Positions 1 to 12,119 of a stretch of 64,000 bases of DNA are shown in pieces. The position numbers and the translations under genes are program-made. The stretch lies in assembly GCA_964016885.1 (NCBI GenBank), contig OZ024742.1, forward strand, positions 185,504,001 to 185,568,000. The letters are read 5' to 3'. The notes beneath the pieces were generated by a model. That model did no database searches and was not told where the DNA came from. It was given only the letters and a program-made list of their open reading frames with translations. How positions within the stretch are numbered: the first letter of the stretch is position 1; each line of letters begins with the position of its first letter. This DNA comes from Eledone cirrhosa. Its lineage: Eukaryota.

Positions 1-2420
1 TTGGAAGCATGGAAGCTTTGAAGGATGCTGTGTCCCAACAACTAACAACTGGTGCAGGTAGCTTGCTTCATGCTTCATGCTTCAGAGTGAGAAAAAAATG
101 TTTCCAAAAGTCATGGAAGCTGTGCTGTTTTCTGATTTTGTAAGCATGCCCACGTGTGTTAGACACATGGAATTCAAAAAGGTGCTCAGGGTTGTTGTTG
201 ACAAGATGGTTGATAATCTTGTGGGTGTCTACCAATTCTCTTCCCAGACATCGGAGCTTTAATGTATCCATGCCCAGGGAAGCAAGGCGTTCAGAGTATG
301 GTTGATGCCTGGTGGAAGGTATTGGCTTGGTTGCACGTCTCTGAACAGTTTCTAGATCAATATTCTGAGCAAGAGAGGGGTTCCAAATTGGTGGTGAAAA
401 TTCTAGTGTGGACGCACCATAGCTATAAACAACTTTAAATAGATAATTGGGGAGCAGCTGACAAAGGTCTTGCTGAGTGATGTCAAGACACTTTCGGCAT
501 TCTTGACAATTTTAGAGATGTGCTTTGTCCAATGCAAATCACTGCTGACATTAATGCCCAGGTCACATTCACATTAAGACTTCTTGATATTAGTGTTGTG
601 GGGGGAGTATGTAGACACTGAATTTTTTTTCCTCCAAAAATGCATGGTGGTACACTTGTCCACAGCCAGCTTGAGTTGCCAGTCCATGATCCATTGCTGC
701 ATTGTGTCCAGGTCTGATTGCAGGAAAGATCTATAGTGTTAAGGATCTGTCCATTTTTTTTTCAAGGTAGAGCTTGATGTCATCTGCATATTTCAACAAT
801 GTGGCATTCTTTAAGTTGGCATCTATGTCATTAGTATATGCAACAAACAAAAGAGGACCAAGAACAGATTCTTGCAGTACACCAGATGACATCTCATCAG
901 ATGAAGAATGCTGTCCTAGAACCGTGACTACCTCTTTTCGACTGAGATTGAAGGACTTCAAGCAGTTAAAAAGATCATCTCTCACACCAATTGCAGAGAG
1001 TTTAGCCATAGGTCTTTTGTGTGGCACAGGATTGAAAGCTTTAGCAAAGTCAAGGTAAACAACATCCACCCATGAGTTGTCATCAGTGACTCGGGTGATG
1101 TCATCAAGAAACTCGAAAAGTTCATCGCAGCAGCTGGAGTTAGGGATACATCCAAATTGCGAAGGCCAAATCAGGATGTTAGAATTCCAGAACATCCAGA
1201 GTGTTTCTCTGACACAGGATTCCATCAGTTTGGTGATGCAGCTAGTAAGACTGACTGGACGATAGTTGACAGGCGATGTGTAGTCACCTTTTTTGAACAG
1301 AGGAATGACACTGGCTGTTTTCCACTGCTCCGGAGTAGCACCGTTGTTAAGACAGAATTGAAAGAAGAGTGAACGCTGGTGCAGAAGAAAGTACCCACCA
1401 CATTTGAGAAGCAGGTATGTAACACCATCAAGACCAGGAGAGGCATAGTTGTACTTATTCTTAAGGTGATGTTGCAGCATTGCAGGTGTAAATTCCATAG
1501 TTGTTATGGAATTTGATGTCAGAAGTGGTGGAGATGGTACACTTTGGTCTTCAACAGTCAAAATGCCTGCATAACATTCAGCAATGAGTTCTGCGCATTC
1601 TTTGGGATCGTCAGTAATCTGGCTTGTGTGGGGATTGCAAAGAGGGCCAACTGGAGAGTGAGGTCTCTGCTTTGAATGTACATATTTCCAGAACACCTTA
1701 CTGTTAGGGTTGGTTGCTCTGTGCTTTTCAAATTCAAGTACTGTTTTTTTTGTCACATGCTTGAGATGGTTGGATCATTTATTGCACTTTTTCTATTGAC
1801 ATCTGATTTATGTAATTAGTATTCCTGTTCAGCATTACAACGTTCTCTCCAGGCAAGTTGGACTGCTGCAGTTACCCAAATTGCACTTTTGTGATGTTTT
1901 TTATGTGTATGTGGTACTGATGCTACATATGCTATCCATATTGAGTTCAGGATGTTCTGAAGTATAGTGTTCACAGCTCCAGAGTCATAAAATTCAAGCC
2001 AATTTGGGCGTTGTAGCTCGGTGCAGTAAAAGTTCCAGTCTGCTTTATTCCAGTCAAAGTGAGCAGTTTGGAGATGGTTTGGGTTTTTGTTACTGTCCAT
2101 AAGAGACAGATTGGCAATGATCATAGCATGTTCCTCAGTAGTGACACTAATAACCATTTCAGGAGTAGGGGTAAAGAGTAGTGGTAAAGATCCAAAGTGT
2201 TATCACCCCTTGTTGGGGTGGTGACTTCTTGGGACCAGTTTGAGTCCAGCACTAGCTCAAGGAAATCATTTGTACTTTGCGGCCAACAAAAGGTTTCCCA
2301 ATCAATAAAAACATAAGTGGCTGTTTTCCTGGCAGCAGCTCTGAGGATATCACAAAGCTGTGTGTCTTGAGGGTAATTTGGCAGGTGGTAAACAACTCCA
2401 AGTAGAAGTGTTGACATGGT
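1..2420 (-). mobile_element. Decayed non-LTR retrotransposon (CR1/L2-like LINE): APE endonuclease remnant, reverse transcriptase and C-terminus
   Basis: ORF 731-1756 has RT motifs PLFKKGD..NYRPVSLTS, YLDFAKAFNPVPH, SGVLQESVLGP and YADD. Upstream frameshifted pieces carry APE-like motifs (QEVTTPTRGDNTLDL, WNKADW). Confidence 0.9.
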
Positions 2421-3184
2421 CATATGTATATATCACAGAAAAATGCATATTCTTGCTGTTATTGTTGTTGCTGTCTCTTTTTTATTATTATTGTCTATGT
2501 CATTGTTGTTGTTATTGTCTCTGTTCTCTTTCTCCAGTCATTGCTTCAATGCTATGGAGGGAAATAGTATTGTTTATCAAATCAATTTTAATGATTCTTC
2601 TGTTGAAAGACTAAATAATACAGTTTAATGAACATACAGACACACACATATATATCTGTGTATGTGTCTCTGTGTCACTCAGTATGTCTGTATATGTGTC
2701 ATAATCATCATTACCATTTAATGTCTAGTTTCTATGCTGGTGTGGGTTAGACATATTGCCATATTCCGTATCTATGTCTAGCTCCATTCTTGACATGGTT
2801 TCTCTGATTGAATGTTCTACCTAATGCCAACTAACCATTTTACAGAATCTACTGGAACAATTTTATCATAGCACCAGCACTACCCCTTTACAGAGCAAAC
2901 AAGGTGCTTTTTATCACAGCACTAATACTACTCCTTTTTAGTGTGGACTGGGTGCTTATAGTTGTGGCCCCAGCATAATCAGCTTACAGGGTTAACTGGG
3001 TGCTTTTTATCATGGCATCAGTACTTCCTCTTTACAATGTAGACTGGGAGTATTTTATTAGGACACCAACGTTATAACTTTACATGGCACCAGCCTACAA
3101 CATTAGGGTGTTGGTTTTGTCTTCAGCTTACAGTGGGACATGTGTACATGTGCGTTGTTATACATAAAATAAAAATCTTCACTG

Positions 3185-3830
3185 GATGATTAGTTTCCGA
3201 ATCAACACTCCAAAGACCAAGGTTATGAAGGTGGAGAGTGAACAGGTGGCCGCAGTTAAGGTGAAGTAACAGGAGCTGGACGAGGCTGACCCCTTCACGT
3301 AACTTGACAGCATCCTGAGCAACAGTGGTGACATCGAGCTGGACATCAACTGCAGGATTGAAACGGCGACCGCGGTGTTCCAACGGATGCACTCGATTTT
3401 GTCAAGCGTAGTTATCAGCACGTACATCAAGCTGCGCTTGTACACCAGCATAGCATCAGCATCTACGCCTACTAAACGTGTTAAAACACTGCCAAGACGG
3501 ATAGGTGTCAAAGGTGCCTGTGTAAGGTCACCTGGTCAGATCAGGTAAGGAACGAAGAGATCCCGTGGAGAACAATGTTGCGTACACTGCAGGAGATCGT
3601 CACGGGGCGCAGGTTCCGTTTTGCGGGTCAGCGCTTCCCACAACATCACCTCTCCAAAACGGTGATGACGTGGACTTTCCTTGAGGGCAAGCTGAAAAAA
3701 GGCAGACGAAGATGACCTGGCGACGGACGCAGGGTTGTCAACGAGCTGCCACTGACCGACAGCATTGGAGACGATTTCAGTGACTTATGTTCCCAACGTA
3801 ACAAACCGAACTAAGAGCTAAGTAATCTAT
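3185..3830 (+). mobile_element. 5'-truncated RTE-like LINE fragment (post-RT C-terminus and 3' end)
   Basis: The plus strand reads DIELDINCRIETATAVFQRMHSILSS..ISTYIKLRLYTSI, typical of the RTE C-terminal region, with frameshifts. Confidence 0.7.
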
Positions 3831-5798
3831 CTAACTATATATATATATGAAGGCTTCTGGACCCCGACGGCTGAGCTCTTGCCGTTTCAACAGCGAGATC
3901 CAAACATACTTCCATACATACATACATATATATAATATAATATAATATAATATAATATAATATAATATAATATAATATAATATAATATATAAGCAAAAAT
4001 AAATCGAAATAAAAACATCTCAATTTCTTTGTTCTGTAAAGAGTTCAATAGAGGTAACGTGAAAAAAAAAAGCATTTTATATAGCTATAACTTATTAGTC
4101 ACGCACTCGTTATTGTGTCTATGATAGAAATTATTGAATTGACAAAATCGTTATAGTCATAACACCAAAGAATACTCCTAGAATTTCCCTAAAGAAAATA
4201 AATATGGAAATTGAAATCATACGATTGAGAAGATGAGCCATTGAATAGAAATATAACAGTATTCACAAAAAAAAAAATGCAAGTGGAATTTTCAAAAAAA
4301 TGTTTATCTGGTACTATTAGAAATTATCTAGAAAACTATGGAAACGAGTGTGAAAATGCCGATTTGGTATCCCTTCAAAGATAAGAAAAAGAGTGAAAAC
4401 TGTTCTTTCATGTACAAGGTAGAATTTAATAAAGAATGTGATTCAGATAATCCGTTTTCTATGAAAAAGCACTGTCAGCAACAAAAGACGTACAGGAAAA
4501 ATATAACCAAAAAACCACGATTATCAAAGAACAGAGATTACACCAATATAAAGCATGGAATTTATATAGATTGGTCAAGGGACATCAACCCATAGAAAAA
4601 TGGAATATTTTGATTACATGTAATGAATAATTCTCTGTTGTATAAATAACATTACAAATGAATAAATAACATTATAAATAGTGAGAGGGCGGGAGAAATG
4701 GAGGCGATGACAGTGGGAGTTTGGTTCCTCTGTGTTCGGAACTGGTGTACGTTTGTGTAATTTTACACTTATTTTCGGGAGTGACTCCTAAAAAAGATTT
4801 GATCGAGTTACTTCCCCTTGACAACTATTTCACCAACCACCTAACCAGTCAGCCAGCCGCCATTATATCAACAGTCCAACCTGTCAGCTGGTCACTCACC
4901 AACCACCTAACCGACCAGCATGCTAGTCACCCAGTAACAGCCAACAAATAAAAACGAAATCACGTGACAGATCAAATGATTTCTTCTAAATTAAATATAA
5001 AGCGCCATTTTTCTCCAGATTGTGAACAAACTGTAAGGAAAAGAAGAAACTTTAAAGCCCAAAACAGTAATAAATGTAATCTGAGTTTTTCGAATATTAA
5101 TAATAATATTCGATTTATGCAAAGAGCCTCTTTTAAGCCATGTCAAATTGCAAACGAATCGAATATTCTTATTTACATTTATTACATTTATTGTATTCAG
5201 ACATGTATAGCGATAACCTTTTGTTGGTTATTATATATATAAATGTGTATGTATATATACATATATATATATATATGGTATGGAAGCCTCGACAATGCAA
5301 ATGGGTAAATCTCCGGGTAACAAGATCCGGTGGTGGAGAGAGAGATGTAAGTGGGTGTACGTTGAGATGCGTGGCGTGTATAAGACGTGTAGAGGAATGA
5401 AGGAAAGAGCATAAAGGATAAAATAAAATAACAACACGAGAGAGAGTTACCTTGGGAGAGATTTAATTGTCCCTATAAATTTCGAATTCACATCCATCAA
5501 CTGGGGGTTTTTTCCGGGGTGGGGGAAAGGTTGTCTGTCGGAAAGGTGCGAAACGCGTCCTCCGCTGTTCGTCTCATTTGCCCTTTCGGCTCCTGGCCTT
5601 CGGCCAGGCTAGTTGGCCTGGCAACCCTAACATGGTCTCTTGCGAACTAACTTCAAAACGGTAACTAATAACTTTGCTTCATTCTTTCATCTATTCATTG
5701 ACATGTCAACTATACTATTCTAAATAACTGCAACTTGTTCATTAAACGTTATATACACAACCTAGTGTCTTGTTATATTCATACACACCAATATTTCG

Positions 5799-5857
<59 letters not shown>

Positions 5858-5955
5858 GTAGGAGGTGAGTTTTATTGTAGTACAATAAAGCAATGCAGAT
5901 ATCGGATAAGAAGCACTCTACAGTTTGTAGGACTGGAGTATACATAATATATAAG

Positions 5956-6015
<60 letters not shown>

Positions 6016-6019
<4 letters not shown>

Positions 6020-6640
6020 CTACAACCAGCAAATTGCTCAAGTTACGGAGTTTGTATATCTCGGTCACAAACTATCATCAAACAACAATGGAATTGTTGC
6101 TGTGCAATATCGAATCGCTCTAGGTTGGGCAGGTTTCAACAAGAACAAGGCATGACTTACATCAAAACGAGTTTCCTATCATTTGAAGGCTAAGATCTTT
6201 GATACTTACATCCAACCAGTTGTGTTATATGGTCTTGGCTGTGTTAATTGGACGACAAGGTCACTTCAGAAGCTCTCTACATTCCAGAACGACATCATGA
6301 GACTTATCACTGGTAAGCAGCTTAGCGAGCGTATCTGTATCAGTGAGCTGCTCAACATTACCAAACTTAGACCAATTAAATCAATTGTCAAGTCTAGAGT
6401 ATTGAAACTATACGGTCATATAAAACGATCAACTTATGGTGTGAGTAGGTTATGCCTGGAAGGAAGGTTGGTTGGTAAGAGAAGCAGAGGCCGGCAGCCA
6501 AAACGATGGCTTGACAATGTCAGTTTATGGACTGGACTTGATCTTTGCTCTTTGAACTCTGCTGCTGATGATTGAACTTTGTGGAGTGAGATATCACATC
6601 TTAATGCGCAATCTGGAACTGACAGAGTTTAGCGTCACAA
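6016..6640 (+). mobile_element. RTE-like LINE 3' fragment
   Basis: ORF 6183-6575: KAKIFDTYIQPVVLYG..W...LKLYGHIKR...LEGRLVGKRSRGRQPKRWLDNV. Confidence 0.85.
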
Positions 6641-6650
6641 GATATATATG

Positions 6651-6759
<109 letters not shown>

Positions 6760-7450
6760 GTCAAACATGATTTGAACTATTTACATGTGATTGCAGTTAT
6801 TATACAAAACTTTAACCTGTACAATTTTAAAGAAATTGTCTATTTTTTCTAGTAATATATTTAGAAGTTGAGTCAATATGAAGTTGTGGCAATAATACTT
6901 AGCCTATATTTATGTTGTTGTGGTTTATTTGTTAAGCCAAGTATTTCTACTATTCCAATTTCAATGGTTGGATATACTACTCAGTACTAACTTCATTATA
7001 TGTATATATAAACATATATGTATGTATATTTGTGAATATGTATATACATATGTACATTGTATGTATATATGTATATACATGTGTGCATGTGTGTATATAT
7101 GAGCGGGGACATAGAAATAATCGGGCTGGATACCCGATCGCGCGGTTAAACCACTGGGAGTGAAGGACTCCTAACCTTTGTCATGGCATTCTCCTAGGAG
7201 AAGGCAAATCAGGGGAGGGATTGGCTCAGTGCACACTTTTTAAAAAATTCTTCCCACACAGGCATTGCACGATGGCATTAATTAATAATTAATAATTATT
7301 ACGGGGTCGATAAAATAAAGTACCAGTAATGCACTGTGATAGTTGCTGGCCTTGTGCCCAAAAGTAGAAACAATTAATTAATAATTATTGATAATGTTAT
7401 ATCATGCAATGGCCATACTCGATAACGAGAGGGCAGCCATCATATATATG

Positions 7451-7511
<61 letters not shown>

Positions 7512-7514
<3 letters not shown>

Positions 7515-7787
7515 GGGTGAAGGGTCCGTGCATGCAATGCATGCAGTGCATGCGTTATAGAATCTTGAGTTGATCAATTGCGTCGGTTGAAGCAAGCAGA
7601 ATTTTGGCTGCTTACTAAAACGTATAGACACAAAAAGAGATAACACATACACACTAGATAACACTACATGCGGCTTTGACCGGGAGGGTCATTTAGAGGG
7701 AATTGGGAGGGGGGTAAGGCTGCACAGCCCCACTTTCCGCCATGGCGTTTGGACTGCATGCCCTGCTTTCCAGGTTACCCTTCGCCA

Positions 7788-7790
<3 letters not shown>
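7512..7790. mobile_element. MITE (~280 bp) with imperfect terminal inverted repeats, inserted in (TA)n
   Basis: Left end CAGGGGTGAAGGGT...GCATGCAG versus the reverse complement of the right end CAGTGGCGAAGGGT...GCATGCAG. Flanked by (TA)n on both sides. Confidence 0.6.
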
Positions 7791-7855
<65 letters not shown>

Positions 7856-8395
7856 TATGTATGTATATAAACATTAAATTAAAAGCCAAATTATATAATA
7901 TATATAATAAGCATATTAAACAATTACAGGGGATAATTTGTAAAGAGTGTAAACACACATAGTTACGGGGGTAACATTAAACATTAATAAGAACCTCGAA
8001 TATAGATCCCTTGCAATAATGATTTATCTCCTTTGTATATATTCCATTGAAGAAATATATTTCACCATTAATCGGTGAATCATCGATGTTAAATCGTGGA
8101 TCATCGGCAAATGAGAAGATTTAACTGTCTATGATTATATGCTAAAAGCAAATCAGGGACTAACGGCGAACAGCACCTGTGGTTTTAAAAAACACATACC
8201 ACCCCGCTGTCAAGCCAGTGGAGTGAATAGGGTTATCGACAGCTAGAAATAGCAGCCGAGTCCTTTCAACATAAACAGCTCTACTAATAGAATACTTAGG
8301 AGCCGTAAATACTACCAAAATTAGATTCAAGATGCCATATCTGAGAATATCAGAAGCATGCGCCGTATCTCCTGTGGAATAAGCTGCTGCTGTTG

Positions 8396-8527
<132 letters not shown>

Positions 8528-8837
8528 TCCATTTTGACCCAGTCTTCGTCTCAACAAGACAGATGAATTTAAACTTTAAATTTTTTAATCTTTTAAATTA
8601 TTTTTAATTGAAATGTTCAACATTTGATAAGATGGATTACACTGATACATTGAAACAGGTTATAATTTATATATTTCATTTACATTATAAAAGTGATTTA
8701 AAAAAAAATTGTTCCTCTCATTTTTTCAATAATGTCACTTTGACGGATCAAAGAAGAAAAAAAGATGAACAGATTCTTTAAATATATTTTCCACTTTTTC
8801 TCTATAACCTGTTTCGTATAGAACCTTACTCCCTTTT

Positions 8838-8902
<65 letters not shown>

Positions 8903-8918
8903 AATATATGTGTATGTA

Positions 8919-9463
8919 GTCGTTGGCGACTAAACTGGCAACCCCACCAAGGTTTCTTGGTGAGGAAGGTGACTTTGGACATCCTGCAGGACTAAAAACA
9001 AAACCTGTCAAAGGGCAAAGGAGCTCTTAAGAGTCAATGGCCATCCAAAATCACCGGGAGAGATGACCCCTTAGCCTTTGTCAAGGCAGAATTCTAAGAG
9101 AAGGAAAACTCTGATATAACACCTGCAACTCTGATGGTATCTAATGATGTTGACTTGTTCTTCTTTTTGGTAAATATATCTTGTTTAAGAGAGTGGGACT
9201 GGCTTTGTGCAGTGCCTTTGCTCACTATAAAAGCTTCACGGCACAGGCATTGTTTTATATCTGGAGATCTCTCTGCACTTGTCGTCACATGGTACCATGG
9301 GCTCAGCACTATGTGTCAATAATTGTCACAAGTGTAGTGTTTGAACCAGAGTTTTCAAGTCGCTGTCTGAACTAAAACGTCACACTCGTTCAGCGCATCG
9401 GTAGGAGTTCTCCTACATGGATATAAAGTAGTGGCCGTACTCGAAAACGAGTTGGCAGCCACC
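8919..9463 (+). mobile_element. Non-autonomous RTE-5'-derived element, copy 1
   Basis: Near-identical to 31405-31950. Contains the RTE 5'-region-like motif AGAAGGAAAACTCTGA. Both copies end at GAGTTGGCAGCCACCA followed by (TA)n. Confidence 0.65.
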
Positions 9464-9505
9464 ATATGTATGTATATATATATATATATATGTGTGTATA
9501 TGAAT

Positions 9506-9537
<32 letters not shown>

Positions 9538-9549
9538 GTGTGTATGTAT

Positions 9550-10104
9550 ATGCATTTCTTTCCAATCTACACAAGTCTTCTGCACACACCATCCAGGTCT
9601 CACTACCATGCAACATTGCCGTTTATTGGCAAACATCAAACAGTCTGCCTTTCATTTTGAGGGAGAAGCCTTTTGTAGCCAGCAGTGATAGTAGCTCCCT
9701 GAACTTCTTCCATCCCGTTCTTACTCTGGCTACTGTACTTTCAGAACACCCACCTCCGCTGCTAATTCGGTCACCCAGGTAGCAGAAGCTGTCTAGTGTT
9801 TCTACCGAGCCCTACCAGACTTTGATGGCGCTTGTTTCCTGTGATCGTTTGCTGCTTACTGTCCCGGTGCAACTGCTACATATAAAGCCTACATTCTTAA
9901 CTAAACTTCCTGAGATCCCACTACATCTCTTGTGTACCCATAGTTTGCATATGGGGCAGAGGATGGAGTTTCTACCTACACCTTTCTTACAAACTGAGCA
10001 AGGCCATTTCCCTGAAGGGATCTGGGCCCTGCTTTCTCATCTACTTACTATGACCTTAGTCTTTGTCAAGTTGACTTTATGACTCCTTCTTTCAGGCCCT
10101 GCTT

Positions 10105-10108
<4 letters not shown>
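9550..10108 (-). mobile_element. RTE-like LINE fragment with Cys-rich insert
   Basis: Minus strand: CSVCKKGVGRNSILCPICKLWVHKRC...FCYLGDRISSGGGCSES...GWKKFRELL...MLHGSETW. Confidence 0.8.
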
Positions 10109-10144
<36 letters not shown>

Positions 10145-11404
10145 TTACACATACACAGGAGCTGCTGGCCAAATAATTTTCGATTCAATGGGTTAAAGAC
10201 ATATGTAAAATCAATTAGTGATCAGTTCGTCAGTCTAAAGTCCCTATGGAGAATGAGTCACCAAATAATTTTTCTATAAGCTTAAAACATGTATGTATAC
10301 ATCTATATACATCTATATATACACATGTACACCCACTCACAGATATATATATTGAGAGAGTGTGAAAGACCAAAGGTCTCAAATCCCGCCGAGGTTAACT
10401 TTGCCTTTCATCCTTACGGGGTCGATAAAATACCAGTAATACACTGGGTTTTCGTTGGCCTTGTGCCTAAAAGTAGAAACAATTATTGAAAGTCTCTGGA
10501 TGTGTATATTTCGCAAGGTACTTTATATTTTTTATTGGAGAAGGTAAGAACTGTCACTTGCATACTCTACTCTATATAACAGTACACTATACATTCACAA
10601 TTATTCAAAAATTCAACTATAACATTCTGTATTAACATTTAGTATTACTGTATACTGCCAGTAATATGTACAGTATATATACACTATAATTAGTAAAAAA
10701 AGATACACAGTTTTTTCTGCAAAAATTTGATCGCACTATTTTGTTTTCAATAGCATTCTATATGTAGGTGGGCCCCCTTTATCTCCTGGCAACCACTATT
10801 GTTAGACGACCCAGTCCGCCTCTGTATATATATATATATATATATAGCCGTCTAACCCATGCTAGCATGGAAAGTGGACTTTAAAAGATGATGATGATGA
10901 TGATATATATATGTGTGTGTGTGTGTGCTTATCTATGTGTGTATGTATATCTATATTACTCATGCCTGTTTTACTTTGCACCAGTTATAGTATGGGGTTG
11001 ACACAAAAAATACCCTTTCTAATGTCACCTACTTTACAGAGTGTACTGAATACATTATGTTATGGTGTCAGCACTTAAGATTTTGTCATGTTTTGGCATG
11101 ACTGAAAAATCCTCTCAAGTCTCTTTTGGCATGAGTAATATATATATATACATACACAAGATAGACTGTTCAGATAGACTGAATTGGTCTGTAATGACCC
11201 ATACATCCCTTGTCAACATGGAATGTACCAGTTACACTTTGTAAAGTGGTTGGCGACAAGAAGATCATCCCTTCATAGAAATGTATATGTGAGACATGAT
11301 TTGACCTGTCTACAAGGAAGTAACTCCAAATAAGAACTGACTCAGTCCTTGACAACCGACACAGTCCATGTCAGCATAGAAAAATGATTATATATATATA
11401 TATA

Positions 11405-11895
11405 TAAGTATGTACACGTACATACATATATGTATACAGACGTACAGTAGTATGTATATATATATATATACATACATGCACACATATATATATATGTACG
11501 TATGGATTCACCGAACATTTATTATAATGCTCGGTGTGTTTGTAAACAAACATCCCGTGTTAAGCCGTAGTGTCTAGCAACGATCGTTGCTCGTTTGTTC
11601 AACACTGACAAAGGAACGCTGTACTAGTTTCAAGCTTATTAGCTATCGTCAGCAACGTATACCTTCCTGCCAGATTGTTGAACGTATATACTTACCTTAT
11701 GTATATTAACGGCTGAGTAGCCCAATTTACATATCGAGTGGGTTAATCGGCCGGGTGCACCGAAAACGATAAACGGAAAAATGAAACGAAATTTCATTTC
11801 CCACTCTTAGTACGGCTGTTACTTAAATATAAGTATGTATACGTACATACATATATGTATACAGACGTACAGTAGTATGTATATATATATATACA
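11405..11895 (-). mobile_element. HHR-bearing Penelope-LTR/retrozyme-like cassette (unit ~425 bp, partly tandem)
   Basis: 11405-11470 recurs at 11830-11895. Same family as 35651-36292. Contains the HHR at 11616-11658. Confidence 0.65.
11616..11658 (-). ncRNA. Minimal type-I hammerhead ribozyme
   Basis: Minus strand ACGTTG-CTGACGA-T-AGCT-AATA-AGCT-T-GAAAC-TA-GTA|CAGCGT: 6-bp stem I, 4-bp stem II, palindromic ACTAGT stem III, GUA cleavage triplet. Confidence 0.75.
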
Positions 11896-12119
11896 TCGTT
11901 TTAATAAATATTGAATCATACAGGTGATTGAACACCTACCCTGCAACATGTAGGTCAATTTATATTACCCAGGACATTAAAAAATCACATTAAAATGAGA
12001 TAATCACTACAAATGACATAATTAGATTAAATGGAAGATACTAAGTACACGGTGTTGTCTACACTCATAAATACATACATACACACACACATTTCTATAC
12101 ATATATATATGTATGAATG

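Noticed and set aside
5530-5570. GAAACGCGTC resembling the 3' half of a hammerhead
   Set aside because: No upstream CUGANGA or matching stem I.
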